Below are positions 26,568-39,064 of a stretch of 64,000 bases of DNA, in pieces (the stretch's first letter is position 1; the number at the start of each line of letters is the position of its first letter). A program made the translations under genes and the position numbers. The DNA is from Styela clava (taxonomy: Eukaryota): contig NC_135258.1 of assembly GCF_964204865.1 (NCBI RefSeq), positions 10,602,001-10,666,000 of the forward strand, given 5' to 3'. Under the pieces are notes generated by a model. It was not told where the DNA came from. It saw nothing but the letters and a program-made list of their open reading frames with translations, and ran no database searches.

Positions 26568-27189
26568 GCAGAAGTGGTTGAATACAGGGTAATAGTGAGC
26601 TAAAAGGCTCCAGAAACTAGTCGGCGTAATAACTACGGTTACGGTTGAGTCTGTAGCTTGGATAGTGGCAGCGGAAAATTCTACCAAAATGAATCAGTGT
26701 GATTTGGGCATAGTCTAACTCTAGTAATCAAATTAGAACAAGGAGTGGTAGAGACTTCTCACTCTCGTCTGGTAGATATCGGTCGCTTCACCTTGCGATT
26801 GAGTTCCGTAAGAATTAGCATGCAATCGCTGATTCACATTTCCTCAGACAAGTCATCAAAATTACCTTGCCTCCAGTCCGTTCGCCCTTTATACGGGAAA
26901 TTGGGTTCTAAAAGGACTGAATTCAAGTACATGTTCTGATTCAAATATTGGATCTGCAAATGTCCATGGACTAACCAACTTGCCCAATGTGTAACAAAAT
27001 GGTTAGGCAATGCCGTACCGGAAAATATCCCGGTTCTTCCAAACTGTAGTAGCATCTTACCTAGCAGTGTCTGCTCATATAGAATCTTGTTCGTACTTTG
27101 ATAAACGTAAGCATGTCAACACGTGTAGCCTCAGTTAAGCGGTAGGAAACATCAAATTCATTATTACTTATCAATTTTAATCGGTATGT

Positions 27190-27470
27190 AGATAGGTATT
27201 TGTCTGTCTGTCTGTTAGATGCACGCGATATCTCACGAAAGCCAGATTGAATCTGCTCCAAATTTTGCATGTGCATTCAGCATATGTCGGACCAGAAGCC
27301 TATCGATTTTGGATGAAATATGTCGTATAATAAGCGAGGTATTAATTGATTAGTGATGGGACACAAGGTGTCACTATGGAGTAAGAACGCTGTTTTGGGG
27401 GATCCCCTAACGTTCGATCGATAAGTCTTCGGTCTCTGACCGATATTATCGTTTATTTTTTTATTCCGTC
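27190..27470 (+). mobile_element. Possible Helentron-associated (DINE/HINE-like) interspersed element
   Basis: A tgtctgtctgtctg microsatellite is followed by a gatatctcacgaaa...ccaaattttgcatg core. This is pattern resemblance only. Confidence 0.35.
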
Positions 27471-27639
27471 GGTTTACATTGAAAGATATTAAAATAAAGA
27501 AAAATGACACATTATCGTTAATTTGTTTGTCGTAATATTTTGAAATAATCATGGTTTTCTGCTCAGTCTGAGTATTCTGGTTTAAAAAGATTTTGTGGAA
27601 AACAATGCATTGAGGTATCTGCGGATATGTGAACAAATA

Positions 27640-29337
27640 TCACAAGACGTTGCTATTGCTTTCAAATGCAATGACAGAAGCAGACTTTTTAGCCAAAGGC
27701 CAAATAATTTCTTTTAAAAATGTTTTTTCTTTGCCATTTACATTTTTTTCAAAGTACTTGCTTATTTCATCTCGCATGATGTGTATTGCATCATGTGTTC
27801 CTCCCCACTTGACAGATGAATTTTCACTGGAATTGTTTTTTATGATACAAAACTTTTTTCCTGATGATATCCATTTATCCACAGTGGCTTTTTCTCTGGG
27901 AAACAAATAGGAGTCAATATCTCTTACAAGCCATCTTTTTACCGGTTCTGATGCGATTGCATATCGCCAAGTCTTTTGGCTGGGATATTTTTCTTTACTT
28001 ATGTCTATAGTTTTAATGTCGTACTCACACAGTGATTTCAAATAAGGCAGCGGTATGGAACTATTAACAAAAAACCATATTTTCCACCCCGGATATACAT
28101 TGGATACCCTAGCTGCGTTTCCAATGGCACTAGCGACATAAGTCGCTTTGTGGTCGAGAAACGAATATGAAATAGCTGGTCTAACCCATAATCGTGTTCT
28201 CATCTTTGTTATGAATACTTCTGAATCTGGATTATCGGGATAAATTTCATCAGAACTTGTGCATCTGTCGAAGTAAAATTCGATTTGTTCTTTTATCCAA
28301 GATGGATATTCACATCTGTTAAACCTATGTGCAACCTCATTTGTTCCACAATTTTCTTTATCTTGGTCTTTTTGTCCAATATGCATTGTTAGCGATTTTG
28401 CTGGATAAAAAAGATGGATTGATTCATCATGAAGTAATCTATTCAATCCTTGTACTATTTTAACGCCATCAACTTTTGAAAGCCACGATATAGCAAAAGA
28501 TTTTGTCAAAACGAATCCAGAATCTGCTATTGAGTCTCCAACGCATAAATCGCCTTGTTGATTTTTACAATCATATGCATAGCTATGGTTTACGGACGGG
28601 TGATAAAGTGAGAGTATTCCGTCTGTATGTGTGATATGCTCTTCGATGAAATTCATCCAATGTTTCAGGAGAATCATATCGTCATCTAATATCATCAGTA
28701 GTTTGTATTTTGATTTTATGAAAACTTCAAGAGCTCGTTTGATAACATAATGTTTTCCATACATTTGTGCAGTCCAGAAGTATTTTACATATTTTCCATA
28801 AAATCTGTGCATTGTCTTTGCATTTATTTTATCTGATCCATCGTTGAATAAGTGAATATCAGTTTCCGCTATATTATTGTATTTACGGATCACTGAAGAG
28901 GTGAATTTAATGTAACCAATTTGGTTATACACAGGTATCGCGATCATAATATAAGAAGGACAGTAATATTTTCCTGGATACTGAGCGCAAAATGTCTTCA
29001 CTGGTTCTTGAGGCTGGCAAGCGAGACATAGCCTTATTTTTTCTAATCTGGATAGTTCCGCATTTATCTCTAAAACGTGAGGAGAAATTTTCCCTCTCGT
29101 ATTTCGTTTGAGGTCTGTGGTTACTCGTTGACGAACATTCCATCTTTCTTGCTCAATAACTTTTTGACTTCCGAAAGCAATGTGGTCTCTGAGTGAGACT
29201 GCTTTCATAAGGATTCCTTGGTGACATTCTTCTTTAAAACAAAAATGACACCAAGCGCCGAAGAAAATAGCACACACTACACTAATCAAATATAAGAATA
29301 ATCTTTTTTGCGTTTGTAGAATACGCTTTGCTGCCAT
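27640..29337 (-). CDS. Intronless divergent paralog of the two-domain glycosyltransferase-like protein (copy C, intact, 565 aa)
   Basis: 565-aa ORF with a TM anchor (LFLYLISVVCAIFFGAW). GT2-type motifs IAIPVYNQ, FNDGSD and ILDDDMIL are present. The C-domain retains RDIDS but lacks HILRDHPNH. An acceptor (ttttattccgcag) lies 1 nt before the ATG. Confidence 0.85.
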   Translation of the reverse strand: MAAKRILQTQKRLFLYLISVVCAIFFGAWCHFCFKEECHQGILMKAVSLRDHIAFGSQKVIEQERWNVRQRVTTDLKRNTRGKISPHVLEINAELSRLEKIRLCLACQPQEPVKTFCAQYPGKYYCPSYIMIAIPVYNQIGYIKFTSSVIRKYNNIAETDIHLFNDGSDKINAKTMHRFYGKYVKYFWTAQMYGKHYVIKRALEVFIKSKYKLLMILDDDMILLKHWMNFIEEHITHTDGILSLYHPSVNHSYAYDCKNQQGDLCVGDSIADSGFVLTKSFAISWLSKVDGVKIVQGLNRLLHDESIHLFYPAKSLTMHIGQKDQDKENCGTNEVAHRFNRCEYPSWIKEQIEFYFDRCTSSDEIYPDNPDSEVFITKMRTRLWVRPAISYSFLDHKATYVASAIGNAARVSNVYPGWKIWFFVNSSIPLPYLKSLCEYDIKTIDISKEKYPSQKTWRYAIASEPVKRWLVRDIDSYLFPREKATVDKWISSGKKFCIIKNNSSENSSVKWGGTHDAIHIMRDEISKYFEKNVNGKEKTFLKEIIWPLAKKSASVIAFESNSNVL

Positions 29338-31408
29338 TCTGCGGAATAAAAATGATCAAATTTATAATAATGCTGTGTTCAGTCATATGTCGGATCGCAA
29401 AATAACTATCAATAATATAAATCATTAGGTGGGGGATAAAAGTAAAATTTGAGTGTACATTATAACGGTAACGGTTGTGTATAACGACTTATTTTCTATT
29501 GTCTTATAATGCCAATGCTACGTTGCAATAGGTCGTTCCTTGTTGGTGAAATTTTAAGTGTCCGTTATACATAGCATCTTCTTGTCCGTTGCCTTGTAAT
29601 TGTTCACGCTCCGTTACGCATTTTTCGCATTATTTTTCATTCTTACTCGGGCGTTTTAAAATTCGAATAAAATCGATAACAATAAACGAGCTGACTGTAT
29701 CATATAATAATGGCGTCTTTATGAAGTAAAACAGTAGCCCACAATTTGGTACTGAAATCAGTGTGCCTGAGATCGAATTGTTTCAAAATCATCCCAGCGT
29801 AAATCTTTCTCTCAAAGCACGTACGTATTGGATTCAATTTTTATTATCGATATTCTAAAGGAATAACTACGCCAGTAACAATGGACAGCATCACAAAATG
29901 AAGCCAGAGCGGTGTAGTCTCCAATTGATATTACCCAACCAAGCGTGAATATTGCTATTTTAAACCAAACTACTACTGTACTATCAGTGTATGTAGCACA
30001 CTAGTATGTACTGAACTAGTGTACATGTAGTATCTGGTTAAACTCGAAATACAATAGACACCGAAGTCTTGGACCGTGAAACATCGACTATGGAGATAAA
30101 GCCTTAAGCTGTTAAACAGCTTTTGCGTCAGTTAGTCCAGAAAAGTAACGCTTTTCTGAGTTATATAGCTGTTTTATATAAGCGCCTGCCAAGGGTTCAG
30201 ATTTTTTGTACTCTATCTACTCTACTTATTTGTTTGGTATTGCTGACTAATAACAGCCCAAAAGACAAAAATTGTTCAGCAACCAGATTATCTCCCATTG
30301 CCTGTGACTACGAGCTTTCCCTGTCGTTCGCAAATACTGAATCGGACTGGTGATAACACACTCCAGTCGTACAATCGCTACCGAAACAAAACATGTTTAT
30401 GCGAAACGATACTGCTGTTCAAAGCTAGATCCCAACTGACCACATCAGGCAATATTTAATTCTCTCGCTGTGCTTTTACAAAGGAAAAGAGACAAAAGTA
30501 AGTGCGTATGTCTTTTGAATGAATGATGAGTTCAGGTCGATATATATTGAACCATACTGCGCAGCGATTCTCCGCGGTTGAATAATTACGATGTCGCGAT
30601 TGGCTGGCGAGTGCGCAAAGACTTGTGGTTTATTTCCACATGCAGTAGAAGGACAATGAATACTATTAAATGATTACAAACATAATTATAACAAAATAAT
30701 ACACATTGCGAATTTTGTTAGCAACGTGAGAGGGTCCTTATTTTTTTAGATAAAGCTTCAGGTTCCTAAAAATTAAAACGAAAATATAGTCATAAATGTA
30801 TTTTTGGTGGTATTTTGAAGCATATTACTCGAATTGTATCTATTCTATACCATAATATTTCTCAACGTACCATGACCTCAAGACGATTTTTGTCGACTCA
30901 TCACAAAACGGCAGACGATTTTAATTGAACATCGAATTCCGAGTACCATATATGTTCCCTTGTTTCGGGTCTAAAACCATGATTTCTGCGGCTCTCATTC
31001 TTTTTTTGGCTGGAACTCAACTCATACTTTCAGTTTCAAAGCAATAAAATTAGTAATCAATTTCGCAACCCGCCCCATGTTCCGACTACTATGGCTGAAA
31101 CTTCCACCCCATGAAACATTTTTTGAGAAATTCTAGTAGAAATTATGGACTGCAGAAATAACCGCAAAATACCATTCAAATCAACAGCGACAGTTCCGGT
31201 TTTACACGCCTCAGAGTATGGCAAGAAATAAAATTAGGAACTAGATAGAGACTGCGCTTATTTTCTCATTGCATCTATTTCGCGTGCATGCAATTACATC
31301 ATCAAAAAGCACATCGGCTTGATCTATTGATTTTCTATCAGATATAATATAATACAAAAACTGTCTGCTCATGTAGCTAATCTGCAATATCCCGGGAAGT
31401 TCACATAC

Positions 31409-33727
31409 CGCAAAAATGAGACAGAATGGTTCGTGTTCCATACCGCGTGTAGTTGGATCTACTCAATAATTTACGAAATTGTACACGCCTGTATGTTGCA
31501 CTTTCTACTTTTAATCGTATATTTTAAAACATTTTATATTTGCAGTCTAATCCAATGAAACCTACTGTTCACTCCACGTGCTGCCAATCGAGTATACTAA
31601 GCTTGAAAGTTCTATAAATTTCCTTTTACAAATTCCATTGCAGAGTTCAAGAAAATTGACTGTTACTTCAACTACGGAACCTTTATCTTTGTTACCCATA
31701 TTCTGTTTCAATGGGGGTTTTAAGAAAATCGGTTCCTTGGATTTCAACCTTCTGAATTCAACTGATCCTGGGAAAAATGAAAAACTGGATTGGATTCTTA
31801 CATCAGACCAACAGTATTGTCCTTTCAGCTGTCAGTATGGCAACCTATCAGACGAAAATTTGGCATAAAATTCTCTATGGATGATTTTACTTATGAATGT
31901 AAGGTAAATTATTTGCGGCAAATTCAGTTACAAATATTGTTTTCTTAAAATTAACATCATTCTCTTTCGTAAATTATTATGGATTGCAACGAATTGTCTC
32001 CTGATCCACCGAATCCTGCTTCTAGGAAACTGTCAATGTCATCTTCTGAAGATTCGCTTTCATCGTCAGATTCATCTGAACCTAATTCAGTTAGGGAGTC
32101 CGTACATTCCGATCCTGGATCTCCACCATCGTCAGAACCTTCAATATTGTTCACGTCTCTGAAATAAAAATAGCAAAGTGCAAGTGTTTATCTAATGACC
32201 GAGTGCATTCGCTTTGCTGGATATTCGATATAGATTACGGCAGGAATGATAGGTATTTTTCCTGCGATTCAATTTGATGTGATTGAAATTCGATTTCCGC
32301 TCGATTTGAGTCCAATTTTGAGAAAATCCAATTAACGTGGTAAATTATCCGTGTAACGAAAGACACAACGTCTGATGCGTAAAGACGTTTAGTCAATAAA
32401 CACAGGTTACGTTTTCGGTTCGCTTATTGGGAAGAAAAAGAGCAAAAATAAGAGGATAATACAAATATATCGTAGAAATAGTTATCGGACAGAGCAAATA
32501 TATTAGTATCATTCCTATACAAATCGGACAATGGAACGGCAACACACTTCTCGTGAAAGAAAAATTAAATAAGTTCATTTTTGTGTATATATAAATATTG
32601 AAAATGGATTACTAGATACAATTACAGTAGAAATTTTACTAATGTATCTTACACTAAAAAAAAGACCTAGCCCAAATTTGAAGACCGCAGTTTTGCCTTA
32701 ACATATTATGTAGTTTATGAGTATATATATATACTGTATTGAATTGAATGAGCCTGTAACGTGAAAGGTTGGAGCGTTTTTAGAGAAAGCAATTTTTTGA
32801 GCAGTCATAAAGAATTTTACTTGGCATCTAAGGCATTGGCTGTATCATCATATAATTCCGCACTATTCATACTCTCATCATCATCAGATCCACTACCAGA
32901 ATCTCCTCCATCCGAATCATCGTCATCACTTACAGCCTCTCCATGTTCTTCATACGCTTCTTCTATAAATAACAAGGAGAGAAAATTAATATTGGCAAAA
33001 TAAATTTTTGTTGTTAGGTCGACTTTTTGGTGCGGGAAAAATCGCTTTTCTCCGGACAGACACTATATCGAGTCACATTCGACTATCAGATCAATTACAA
33101 TAACGTCTGCGACGCATCATGAATATCAACTCTCAGTACTTAAAATGGACGTAATCGCCAGAAAGCTATTACTTTCTATGAGATTCTACGTTTATGCCTT
33201 ACAAGCTCGCGAGGGGCATTATCCAAACCTTGATTGTTGCAGGAGAAATCCAGTAATATTTTCTTTCGATTGAACTTTCCTAAATTTCATGATCTATTTC
33301 ATAACACGCGGTAAACGATATACGTAAAACATTGTTACTTTTTGCTTGTATGTGTTGTTAATAAGAAGGTATGGTGGGTAAGAAGGCAAGGTAAGAAATG
33401 TTGGCAAATTTCGGCATCATGAAGGATACGGGTTAGGTATTTAATCTAGTTCTCTTTTACTAGACCTCGCGTATCACTCTTTACAATAAATGATGTTTTA
33501 TTAAATGACCAGAAAAAATGATAGCTTCTTTTTTAGCCTGTTACAGAATATGTTATACTAGGGAAAATATTAATAATACTTGTAAATACATTCGGACGCT
33601 GGATTCTATATATTGTAAGACCGATATTCCACATGTTCATATAAACTGATGTCACCTGGTTCGGGTTCTTCATCGTCACCTTCGTCGTCTGAACCTGACC
33701 CTCCTGAATTTGAACTTCCAATTCCAG
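31409..33727 (-). CDS. Phase-compatible exons of an unknown protein with acidic Ser/Gly/Asp-rich segments (33656-33727, 32821-32962, 32010-32158, 31566-31767, 31409-31488)
   Basis: All exons are flanked by AG/GT with matching phases (1,2,1,2). They encode GGSGSDDEGDDEE, DSDGGDSGSGSDDDE and GSDDGGDPGSE...ESSEDD. Exon 3 could instead run on to the stop at 31957. Confidence 0.55.
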
Positions 33728-35771
33728 CTTTTGAATATACGCATTGGAAACACAATGCAAAATTGTCAAAAAATCTGAAAAAAAAAGTTTTTTCTATTTT
33801 ATATACTCTTAAACAATTATATATATTATGGACAAGCAAACAATGATACATAATGTGATGTCGTCATCAAAAAATTAAAAATTGCGCACCGCGTGGTGGT
33901 TCCGCGATCGCATATTAGCGAGCTTGTGGTCAGCGAAGTCGAGAGTTTTTCGGTAAGAAAGACTACCGGTATTGTGAAAAAATTGATTACTGGTTCGTTC
34001 TGGTCTTCTCGTCCATATATTTGAGCATAGTTCTCTTGTTCGTTACATCGCGTTTGAAACATACACAATAATACATTCATCATCTATTATTTTACTTTTG
34101 TCATCTCAAAAGAATAAGACTATTTAAATAAGATACAACGATTTTGGAATGGATGCAGACAGTATAAAATTATCTGATCTTTCACATTTTCAGGTTGTAA
34201 ATTAGAACAAACATATTCAAGCTAAAAACTACCGTACACAGTGTTGCATTTTACTATAACAGGGTTCAACTTGGGCTCACTCTATATTCTACGAAACCTC
34301 TGACAGGAAAATACAAGCACGAAACAAGAAAGTGTAAATTTGAAGCCTCTAAATAGGATTAACGGATGAAGTAAAGGTTTACTACGTTACATATTGTGTT
34401 GACGAAGAAATTGGAGCAAACAATCTCCTGCGATTCAATTAGAATAACTAAAATAATATTATATAACCCTGAAACGAACAATTAGGATTTTAAGAATAGC
34501 TTATGTCACCTTTTTACGGTATTGTCTGTTCAATTTTCAATCACGGTGTCGATATCGACTGAATCACTAAATGGAATTTAACCTATCGATCTGATGGCCC
34601 AGTTATGCATGACTTGAAATCGACTGAATCCGACTAATGAAATTATTGTTCGATAATATTTGTTTTATCGTATTGTTTTGCTGCAGAATTTATAAAACTG
34701 TTTCAAGACGACAGATACAAAGATGTTTTTGATCGAATCTAATTGCGATATTTTGTAAAAAAAAATACTGCATAAAATGGTTTAAACTAAACACTAATAT
34801 TCGTATTTTTCGTCTTTTATGCATAAAATGGTAAGAGTTATAGTTTAATAGAAGCAAAAATATTGATGGTATGACATAGTATGCACATTTATATACTATA
34901 TGCATACGGCTACCTAAAATAAATATTAATCGTAAAATGCGACGAACGAACTCAAATAAAGTTGCGTACTCACTCAGTACTATGAAGCAATTTTACGATC
35001 ACATTTTATATATTTAATGATTTTCTCTATTTGGTACCTAATATCTACCGGGTTCAACAGCATTCCCGACAGAAAAAAACAATTTGTAGGTTGAATTCTG
35101 GCAGTTTTAATAGTCAATCAGCAGAAAAAATCACGTAACCGTCGCGTGTCAACTTCTTAAATTAACACCGTATCTCCACGGTTATTGGTTGTAGTTGTGC
35201 ACAATGTTAATGGCATAATGTGTCGTTCTCGATATGCAGATACCAACCTTCCGAAATGGTGAATTTCTTGTTGTTTCCTACTTGTATCTTATTAATTTGT
35301 TTGTAGAATCATATTTGCATAGTATTCCAATATACTATCTTTGCTGCATTTTTGTTATGGGCGATATGAACAATAGACATGGCTTTTTTATTGTTATGTC
35401 ATTTTTTTTTTTTTCAGGTAGTGGCCGAATTTAAATAGTTTTATTCTATTTAATTCCCAAAACAAATTCCAGGTCATGGCGATTTATCAAGAAAACAGAT
35501 AGTTTTTATTTATCAAGATCATTTCTATAAGATAAATAAATTGAACATCATAAAATAACTCACTATTTCATCATTTCACTCACTCATTTCAAATATTCAT
35601 CGTCTTGTGTTTTCGTTTATTAATAATTTAAAGCAAACCCATGGTCTGTATCGTGAAAATATGTGATGAATTCGCGTATCGGAAATTTTGATTTTATCAA
35701 TTTTTCGTTTTCCAGCGACTAAGTACCGTCATGTTTTACAAATAAGCTTTCTTTGCGAAATATATATTATG

Positions 35772-35847
35772 CAGTGGTGAGATTCAGCCGGTTCGCACCG
35801 GTTCTATAGAATCGTCTCACGGAATTTTTTGAGATCAGCGAACCGGT
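35772..35847 (+). mobile_element. hAT element left end (cagtggtgagattcagccggttcgcaccggttc)
   Basis: CAGTGG terminus with repeated ccggtt subterminal motifs. No partner end was seen. Confidence 0.5.
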
Positions 35848-36033
35848 CCGAAGCCTCAACTAAAAGTGGGAAGAGTACTAATAGAAGATTTAATGTAGAC
35901 CACTGGAGCAATAGCGGCTATATATAGATTTACTCCTGTGATAAATATGTCAGTAGTTAAAGCTTTGAAACAATAAGATAGATGATGAGTTCTACAACCG
36001 GTTACTTGACGGAGAAAACAAATTGTGACTCAC

Positions 36034-39000
36034 CTATCCGCTAGTGTAGACTTTGAAATATCGGCTACTTTGCTCTTTCTGCTATGCTTCCGCCAGCTTC
36101 TATATGGCGTTGATTTTGGCTGTCGTATCGCTACCTTTTTTGGCGTCATTCCACCATATTTTTTCAAATCGGCCAGCGTCATAATATCAGCTGAAACAAG
36201 TTCTTGACTATCAGTTTGTCTAACAAAGTTCGCATCACATTCCTGGCAACATGGATCATATTGCTCAGCTTCTTGGGCACATTGTTCACAAAATGGCGAT
36301 TCGCAAAAAGAATCGTGTTCGTTGACATATTCTTGTTGAGAATGATCCACAGCTGATGAGTTTTCTAACCAGATTTCATCCGTTTCGCTATCTTCTATTA
36401 GTAAAGGCGAATGTATTTCTTGGCAACATTCACAGGCACTATGTCTGCGTCGTATGTTATGGGGTGAAGGCGGTGGGTTAACATAAAGACTGAGTTTATC
36501 TACATCTAAAAGTGATTTCGATTTGCAACTACAAGCTAAAAGTGCTTCCCATTGAGAATCAGAGTCTTTTTCTGCTTCCAAACGATCACATATGCTACAC
36601 TTTTCATTCATATTATTATCTGAATGAACCAAAGAATTTGGAACTTCATCACTGACGAACAAGTTGCGAGGAGGCAGTGATCGCGACCGAAACCTTTTCC
36701 TGAATTTTCGGTATTTGCGACTAAAAAATTTATTGAGATTCCCAAAAGGAGAACGGCGAGAAATTCTGTTAGGTGACAGGTTTGTCTTTTCATTTCGATA
36801 ATGAAAACTGCTGTTTATCTTATAAGAGTCATTAGGGCAACATTCTGATCGTCTGCAAGATGATATTGGCGGTTCCATTGGTAGCATGTCCCCGTCAGTT
36901 GATGAAATACAGCAACATTCTATAAATAAAAAATAATTCAATCAGCCCTGTAGGAAATAATATAAATACAACCAAAAATTTTACGTTTTTTTTATATTTA
37001 CATTTATCGTTTTGCATCATCATATTATGTTTGTGGTTATCTGTCCCATAGTGGTCTAATTTAAACCCCGTTCAGCGGCAGGTACGTACAAAATAATTCA
37101 CAACCAAACATCGGTAATTGTTTAAAGCTACAAATACTATCATTGAAATGTTGACCAATTTTTCAAATTTTTTTAATGCTAACGACATGGAATAAATTTT
37201 TTATGATCCAATTCATTGTCAGTGCATTAACACGGCACATGCATGATTATGAATATATTCCTCGTAATTATATTATTTATGCACCTCAAGTACGCCATCA
37301 AAATTATATATATTCAATACATAGCCAACTATATCTTTTATAACATAATTAATGAGGTGTTATAGTTTCCTCAGTTAACGAACTCTAAATGATTAGGTCC
37401 ACAGAGCCCTGAAATCGTACGGCTGTCCAAAAATTCTGGCTTCTTACATAAAAGAAAATTATAAACTAAAATCACAGTTTTTTATATTTACATTATTAGG
37501 CAAGTTATTTTTACACGAAAAAATTACAATTCAACGTTATATGTCACTCACATCGATATGCATTGTGTATACACTGCCTGTAGCGACATCCGAACTATTC
37601 ACTATGGATCTTCGTCACACCATGAAAATTAAACCCATAAAACCTCTTACGATTGTTCTAACAGTTATATTTTTATTTACTTGTAAAGATCCGCAACTCT
37701 TTCTGAGCAAATTAACAAAACAAAATTGTTTTATGTACTCCTAATACCAATATTGACGCTAGCTTTTCCCAATAACTTGTATACTTCTACCACATTAACT
37801 ATTGTACGAATGTCTTTCAATAATTTCGGTCAGACCGCTGTGTGGAGTGTCAGAAGCAGCCATGTTCTTGCTGATTATTTATTGCGGCTTCTAAGGTTCA
37901 AATCCTCTCGATCGAATTCCGTGATGGGGAATTGCTGAACTTCACGCCGCCGCAAGTAGGTTTACACCAGCGGCGTGCGATCACAAATTCGCCTACTATC
38001 CTGTTCGATGTATTTAAACCAGCCTAGCTATTCCCATATTCATTTTGCACGAGATATCGTGATTGAACCGTATTATTGCTGCATGTCGTGGAGATAAACA
38101 TGGAAATCCTAGCTAATCCATGTACTCATCGTTTCAAATATTAGTATATTCCTGCTTCAGCTTGGAACACTTTAAAACGCTATCATCACCAAGTAATTTT
38201 TAAGTCTAGGCATATATTTTTTTTAATGCAAAACAGCACTTTTAATATATACATACTATATCTATCTATAATCTTGACATAGAATATTGGCGTCAATAAC
38301 GCCATATTTAAAAGCCTTCGTATTTTCATGACTATTCTTTATTTACGTTCTGCTTACCGCAATATTTGTTGCAACTGGAAGGCACTTGATCAACTTCAGA
38401 GATAGCTATTTCATGTACTGGATACATATACTCCTCTTCGATGGGCTCGTCTTCATTTCCGGTATTTCCAGATTTTATTCGACGACATACTTCGCAATCT
38501 GAACTGTCAATTGATGACGTACATCGCATATTTTCATCCGATAACTTATCAAGAAGATCATGTTCAATGTATGAACCTTCAGCACATAGTTCACAATGAC
38601 TGTTACCTTCAAGCATACCCATGTCGATAGTAGATCTTCGCTTAGAGCAGATTTGCGAATGGTTTCGATTTTCTTTATCGAACTCGATGTCTAAGCTGCA
38701 AATAATACGCGATTTGGCATACTTGCATAAAGACGGACTTCCTATTGTAGTATTAGCAAGGATTTTCCCGATTTTCTTTGCGTTCTTTTGTCCGCGACTT
38801 GTTGTTCTACTTTTGACGCCCCGATTGCAATATTCAATATTTTCTACCGAAGACTTTTTGCTTTGTGCATCCGGCCTAGGCCCAACCTCTGATTCACGGC
38901 GGTCGATGCTAACTTGATACTCTTTAAAGCTGGATTTTAAAGAGGTAGAAACTATTCCTCCTTCTTTTCCACTGAGCCTTACAAGACTCCCGTAACGAGG

Positions 39001-39064
39001 ATAATTGATCTGGGAATTAATCTCTTCGTTCTGAATTATTTTTTGATTGTTTCCACCAAAGGTT
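36034..39064 (-). CDS. Two large exons (38358-39064, 36034-36919) of an unknown Cys/Ser-rich, probably disordered protein
   Basis: Open frames of 248 and 303 codons in AT-rich DNA. Acceptors tatatag and atttatag, donors gtaagc and gtgagt. The phase-1 junction is compatible (YC-E-CCC). Scattered CxxC motifs. The start exon was not identified. Confidence 0.65.

Noticed and set aside
30565-30662. DEAH helicase motif Ia-like QPRRIAA on the minus strand
   Set aside because: No Walker A GKT, DEAH or downstream motifs, and the frame ends shortly after. Probably coincidental.
35597-35599. In-frame TGA as selenocysteine
   Set aside because: No redox motif or identifiable SECIS, and the exon itself is unconfirmed.
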